Source: Candidatus Falkowbacteria bacterium
GTDB lineage: Bacteria > Patescibacteriota > Patescibacteriia > Patescibacteriales > GWE2-39-37
Assembly (NCBI GenBank): GCA_013336275.1
Contig: JAAXUA010000002.1
Location: forward strand, 127,904-191,903
Reading direction: 5' to 3'
DNA: 64,000 nt
A model generated the notes under the pieces. That model was not told where the DNA came from and did no database searches. It was given only the letters and a program-made list of their open reading frames with translations. This document shows, in pieces, positions 61,701-64,000 of this stretch (position 1 is the stretch's first letter; every line of letters begins with the position of its first letter). A program made the translations under genes and the position numbers.

Positions 61701-63123
61701 CGGACGCTACGGCCTAGCCGTCACCTCCGGCACACTTAACGCCGATCGCTACAATATCGGCAATACCGATTCTAACGGGCTATCTTTGTCCGGCACCTCA
61801 GTCATCACTTCTCTGGATAATGGCGAATACGTTCTCGGCACCAATGGCGGCACTTCGATTACCGTCACCCCTGGCCTCATGGCAGCCAACCCGTCCAAGA
61901 CGATCAGCGGCTGCAGCTTCGCTACCTCGACCGGAATATCGGGCTACAACGTGGCTTTGGGCAGCGCAGCCACGACCGAATGGACATTTATGGGACTCCT
62001 CGGCAACATAGCTGGCGAAGATTTTGACAACGATGCCGGTGATCCCCGAGGTTATATCCTTTGGGACAATAGCCCGACTTATGTACCGCTGTCGCAGAAA
62101 TGGCGCTGGTACCATGATGAAGAAAACGAGACCCCGACCGCGGCGGTGGCAGGAGAAGAAGTCGCGCCAGCAGGAATCGCCCGTGGCAATGTCCTCAAAT
62201 TAAGGCTTTCGATCAAGGCGACCAATGGCTTGGCCGGCAGCAACGTGAAGATGAAGCTGCAGTATTCGACTTTTTCTGATTTTTCAAGCGATGTGAATTT
62301 CGTCGGCGAAATAGGTTCCTCATCATCGATCTGGAATTACGGCGATGGCGTCGATGCTGACAACGACCCGATAATCTCTACCACACTGTCCGATTCCGAT
62401 GCCACTTCCACTCATAACGAGTCTGGCATCTCGACTTCGACCTATATGCATAACGCTGACGAGGTTGCCGAATGGGAGTTTACGATCGTCAACAACGGTG
62501 CCACAAATGGAACGACCTACTTTTTCCGAGCCTATACCGACCAATATAACGTCCAGGGGGTTGAACCGAATCTGGGAAGTTTTTATCCGAGTTTGACCCC
62601 TGGGAATGAGTCTCTCGGCACCGCGCTTTCCGGTTTGCCAGGAGGCACGGCGACTGAAGGGGTGGTGACCGATATCGCCACCGATGAAATAACGATACCG
62701 TTCGGCAATCTGCCATTCGAGACTTCGGTCACTGGCGCCCATCGCCTGCTGATTTCGACCAACGCGGAGAGCGGGTATCAGCTGTTCGTCAAACAGAACC
62801 AAGACCTGATTAACGGCCATGGCATTACGATTGACGCGGTCGCGGCTGATAATAGCAACCCGCAAGCCTGGCCCATGACTCCTGATCCGGCCGCTTTCGG
62901 TTATCATACGAGCGATGACACGCTTTCAGGCGCTTCGCCATCGCGCTTCGCCCCCAACAATAGCTACGCCAAGTTTGAAACGAGCATACAGGAGGTCGGA
63001 TACAGCCCGATCCCGGTCACTAACGACCCGATCGATCTTATTTACCGCATCCAGATCAGCGATCAGCAGCAGCCCGGTGACTACGTGACCCAAGTCGAGT
63101 ACATCCTGGTGCCGACATATTAA
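52783..63123 (+). CDS. Giant 3446-aa surface protein with a DUF2341-like domain and a large internal duplication
   Basis: N-terminal TM; acidic linker; LDPWW...DGSDIRF...IWVQV..YLYYGN; S/T/G-rich beta repeats; ends YILVPTY. Confidence 0.9.
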   Translation: MLKKVKTIISKTKRLFAQNKQELRRSRPAVRLMQDIVPPSVLRISNEVLGIKEYSSDNLKIFGRAWRGAIGLFFLFWTITGVGPIELLRNSVAALAGEDIKAVNLYAGNCSGGIAASSSWQGVGNASGAPSLEEGASSTDFNAANSAAYRGGRDSLVCAGFTTEQPEIMKVDLEEPDQDAEALDAKQPEAVAENDGQDIPADSPVAAAEEAPAPAAEKEDKVEVIIEEPVVTSDEPSAAEQATEQPTEISPEPVLETDIPAEQAEPSQLQEAAEAIVETVAEIKEAVDYLVDQVVLMAGAKEDKAELKDLGRLKGAKINLSLAQSFAGQAELGSDNSGETASASTTASRGVKVLYSTDMPGADSPDSKQWHELADLPEIDLSACAEATSSDCYIAALAGYAQAGRLSFDAPELKSWQDVEGLQVKIEGQSENGDYGLDLDSVWVTAEYDGNKEEIDLDDGYETADKIFVDGKEIVFEFTDDNSDENLIIKSNSKDYFGVTDAIVYFSVTNASTERELVNLQVHFPEDKGSVAKLEQLNRNIWTEAELEGGELPPPNVFKQVFGQEIKRKHVPETMRAKNSTKGSGQALAPGKTRYYKMRIAYPASTRGEFFIEAMGDGQGYGLLDPWWNGSWPYKLPITINNTANSSALTDYQVLVEIASTTAGFWDNVNADGSDIRFVNSAQDTQLDFWVQYFNKTSSSTQIWVQVDSIPAASSSQIYLYYGNAAAASTSDMYSTFSYATMQDLYYVVRNGTVSTTTVTVVSLIDNNQVQLNNGTTYNLNRQQIATITPLTATSTLRAKGPVQASITGVAAGATMVPISYAGTQFVMPFSSGTTETWSRYAPFLRATTTIYNGNTLGNTTAINPGFAASTAYNITTAGRLLSTNPILASYYATTAAYSGAIYPATTRDLYGIRSGTNPIGFTATTTFAIYCSSGASATNQVGSTTAAYLNTTCATVTEGGGNAVRLTNQTYPIGSYSYNDSDGVSMSMFMPDIELSTEYMVPRNAAYIAVACVPKHGTTTLSIYNPSNVFVASSTCTTTPTNPGKRLFGVADASTYAAGSRIVSTDGKPFYAYYEDVEQVAITGAGGDESNFLGAVQARKQATTTPIVTLGEEQSSKIVVSGKVYSDQGVTPLLTRPVVNLAVGGTFVASTTASSTDGSFSIGNVTMPETGSSTIVYLASTTVSGVAYDRYSGADNVIGLDIYQNHIIVRNDDSGPVTNATIDRYDADQDPFIKVLVSSGNMSASSTQRLYVWPGSTYQPGGTVTLPAGGGGIGGSLVVATSSILNAEANTVSVGSSWTNLGEFQKTGAQTTIFTAASAGFVISNSTSTFNNVIFNGGGGWSFATSTTLDGNLTMATGTLSGTNNITVNGGAASGAGLINLTGGTFTLAGTGDFGGAADWSFYDLAFGNGVAVATSTKAGVGTTTVADSLILNSNHILDAGVSVWVVAGPGPALSGNGSLTASTSLFRFVAASGIDLAPKSFYRLVLAPGAAGSPTYTLGAGTLSTADYLLIGNGTNPVTVTAAASNTALDINGDFTINASASFAAPTSSGFTVAGNWENDGTFINSAGTITFDADSAGKVINAGGSLFSKVVFNGTSGGWTIGESATSTSDWTLTAGTFIASSSILIEVGGLFYNGIGGASTTWAGTTLYLTGGSQTISASTTPPETYGTLKVGVNTDIRMWNSSASAYSVDPTGSLYSMDHGNSDGALNIWGDYHISAGTDEWSWQTDFDGSDLGGAQRQVQVALASGATVSVDGGTLEMVGSTTLPTTISNQGSGTYSFNVSAGTINADYYQINNAGTSGLNFSGSPAVNSLNNGDFQLAGSTGQAISLTASVINANPGKVIYGCNFATTTAITAAYNIFLASAASSNWTFANHTGNFAGDNYDSDPGDPTGYLIWDDSPVYTPKARKWRWYNDINAETPVVPTADEDTMPQNIVNGADFKLRQSIGSVNMAGSNVKMRLQYSTSPTFSSDVNFVGEIASTSEAWIYTNGTDSDNAAVSSLLLSDSSATATHNESGTSASTYTHALGAVAEWEFTLLAASTTPGTTYYFRPYFNNKPVTLEDGATRPSVYIADNISISGAVYSDDGFSQLLSGPVVGLAIGTQLIATTTASTVDGSFIFNNITQFSAGGSTAVFLDNSVLEASGGITYFNSASTPADNGSSATNPTVVTPPVNMRAGDLVILEAAHAAASGVLAISNAGGQTWNTLTQQNGAGNHRVNLFWTQFNGTWSANPSVNMVSAVNNIVVMHVFRPGYSGSTWAIDVPETSNTYAAASPVTITGITTQSDGALVFAAWTSADDNTWGTLTAGWSVAGSAQYRNTNGTSDQSISSAYRIFPTATSTGNVSKSQLALGPDAGTRYIIAFKEVKPASTYGVSFNRYAGSGDVANLDVYQDRVVVRNDDAGPITNSDINNYDADQNSQIKAGVASSNLTLPASQMLYIWPNSTFRPGGQVALLPGAAPAAIGGDLLINTGSIFNAESNAVSIGGNWTNLGEFQSNAGETVSFTATSTGYDITTGGFGFKDLAFTGVGGGWSFSDTATINGNLNMATGTLSGTTSVLVKGGSATGDGTINLTGGIFTIDGTGIFGGATDWSFYGLEIGDAVWTDVTSKTGTNNILVRGPMTINSGQTLNASTSTWTLAGNGNPLAVDGVFNPEQSTFKFTSVNNIDLTPVTFYNLELSPSGAGSPTYAFYGGTLATNNYLYIGDGTNPVTVTTNVDNPVFDINGDFSIRSGATFVGSAFSPFYAGGDWQNNGTYASNNGTVVFDAAATGKTVDAGDSPFHNVEFNGPSGGWTVNANATSTNGFSLLAGQDFTLSPAATLVVSNIFNNAFNPASTTWTGSILHFAGSSRTINGKASTSDAYGTIKVGADTDIRMWNSSATAYDIDPTSSFYSMDHGNIDGSLFIWGDYHVGAGQTEYWNWQTDFDGVSLSGSERQANVRLASSTNVTVDGGTLQLLGTSTATTTVDNQGSGRYGLAVTSGTLNADRYNIGNTDSNGLSLSGTSVITSLDNGEYVLGTNGGTSITVTPGLMAANPSKTISGCSFATSTGISGYNVALGSAATTEWTFMGLLGNIAGEDFDNDAGDPRGYILWDNSPTYVPLSQKWRWYHDEENETPTAAVAGEEVAPAGIARGNVLKLRLSIKATNGLAGSNVKMKLQYSTFSDFSSDVNFVGEIGSSSSIWNYGDGVDADNDPIISTTLSDSDATSTHNESGISTSTYMHNADEVAEWEFTIVNNGATNGTTYFFRAYTDQYNVQGVEPNLGSFYPSLTPGNESLGTALSGLPGGTATEGVVTDIATDEITIPFGNLPFETSVTGAHRLLISTNAESGYQLFVKQNQDLINGHGITIDAVAADNSNPQAWPMTPDPAAFGYHTSDDTLSGASPSRFAPNNSYAKFETSIQEVGYSPIPVTNDPIDLIYRIQISDQQQPGDYVTQVEYILVPTY

Positions 63124-63130
63124 ACTGAAT

Positions 63131-63865
63131 ATGAAAAAAGCTAGCACAATCGCCGCCTTATTATTGCTTCTGCTCTTGGTCACAGGCTGCGATTTGAGTT
63201 TCGGCAGCAAAGGCAGGGAGCAGCCGGAGGTGCTGATTGCCCAAGAATGCGGCATGGATGGACTCAAGTGTTGCGTTACCGAACCCACCTGTTCTTATGG
63301 CCAGAAATGCTGCACCGACCCGGCCGATCCGAGCCGTAACCGTTGCGCCGATGAGTGCGGTTGCGGCGGGCAAGAGGAATTCTGTTGCGTCGACGGTCCG
63401 AAATGTAAAGCCGGGCTATCGTGCCAATCGGGCAATTGCCAATTGTGCGGTATCGAAGGCAAAGCTTGCTGTGCAGGCGATGATGGCAACATCCTGACTG
63501 ACGGTCTGGACGGTTATAATCCGGCCTGTCCGGGCAAAGCGGCCAGTTCCACGGCCTTAGCTTGTCAGAATAATGCTTGCGTCGCCTGCGGATTGCCAGG
63601 GAATCCTTGTTGTATCGTCGGAGATAAATGTTTGAGTCCGGCAACCGGCCAGGCGGAGTGCGCTGACAGCGTTTGCCGTCTTTGCGGCGCCAATGGACAA
63701 CCAGCCTGCCAGACGGAGCCATTCTGCCAGTCAGGACATCTGTTAAACAACGGCAGTTGCCTCCCTTGCGGCCAGACAAATCAGCCGTGCTGCCAGGACT
63801 CTCAAGGTCTGCAGACTTGCGATGGCCAGAAGAATCTGATTTGCGAACTGGGTTTTTGCAAGTAG
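63131..63865 (+). CDS. Cys-rich lipoprotein
   Basis: Lipobox LVTG|C; 37 Cys; repeated CG..G..CC. Confidence 0.85.
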   Translation: MKKASTIAALLLLLLLVTGCDLSFGSKGREQPEVLIAQECGMDGLKCCVTEPTCSYGQKCCTDPADPSRNRCADECGCGGQEEFCCVDGPKCKAGLSCQSGNCQLCGIEGKACCAGDDGNILTDGLDGYNPACPGKAASSTALACQNNACVACGLPGNPCCIVGDKCLSPATGQAECADSVCRLCGANGQPACQTEPFCQSGHLLNNGSCLPCGQTNQPCCQDSQGLQTCDGQKNLICELGFCK

Positions 63866-64000
63866 TCGGATTTACTGATCAAGTTGTGGATAAAAAACAT
63901 GGCAAGAGCATAAGGGCGGGTAAAAATTGAAAAAACAACGCCTGACAAAGCTAGGAATAAGTGAATAAAAAGCTAATATTAAAATAAATTTTAGTGAGGT

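Noticed and set aside
63885-63893. DnaA box / oriC (TGTGGATAA, also at 45065)
   Set aside because: Isolated single boxes, no cluster and no dnaA; the window edge limits the view

Overview
Bacterial chromosomal window with the hallmarks of Patescibacteria/CPR (Parcubacteria-like; this is inferred from gene content and style, not from a marker gene). It carries a type IV pilin cluster with pilD; ligA-gatC-gatA-dsbA; tRNA-Ser(GGA) and tRNA-Asn(GTT), each followed by accessory genes; dnaG-rpoD; NiFe-hydrogenase maturation genes (hypCDE plus a Kae1-domain-only hypF); a secreted clan GH-A hydrolase; a four-gene FNR / small protein / ApbE / MsrQ-like redox operon; guaB-purA; several surface proteins; an ABC-F ATPase; and a membrane-anchored HTH gene with paired palindromes ahead of a 3446-aa surface protein and a Cys-rich lipoprotein. 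No integrase, transposase, reverse transcriptase, CRISPR array or rRNA was seen. Best novelty candidates: (1) the ApbE operon has no FMN-binding domain but has about 33-aa-periodic P-[VT]-[TS]-x-x-S motifs in a disordered tail, which may be non-canonical multi-flavinylation sites; (2) a 240-nt array of covarying hairpins with GNRA-type loops at 50380-50619; (3) degenerate antisense copies of tRNA 3' halves behind both tRNAs, linked to a duplicated promoter; (4) the HTH / palindrome / giant-protein locus. All protein calls come from motif recognition by eye; no searches were run.
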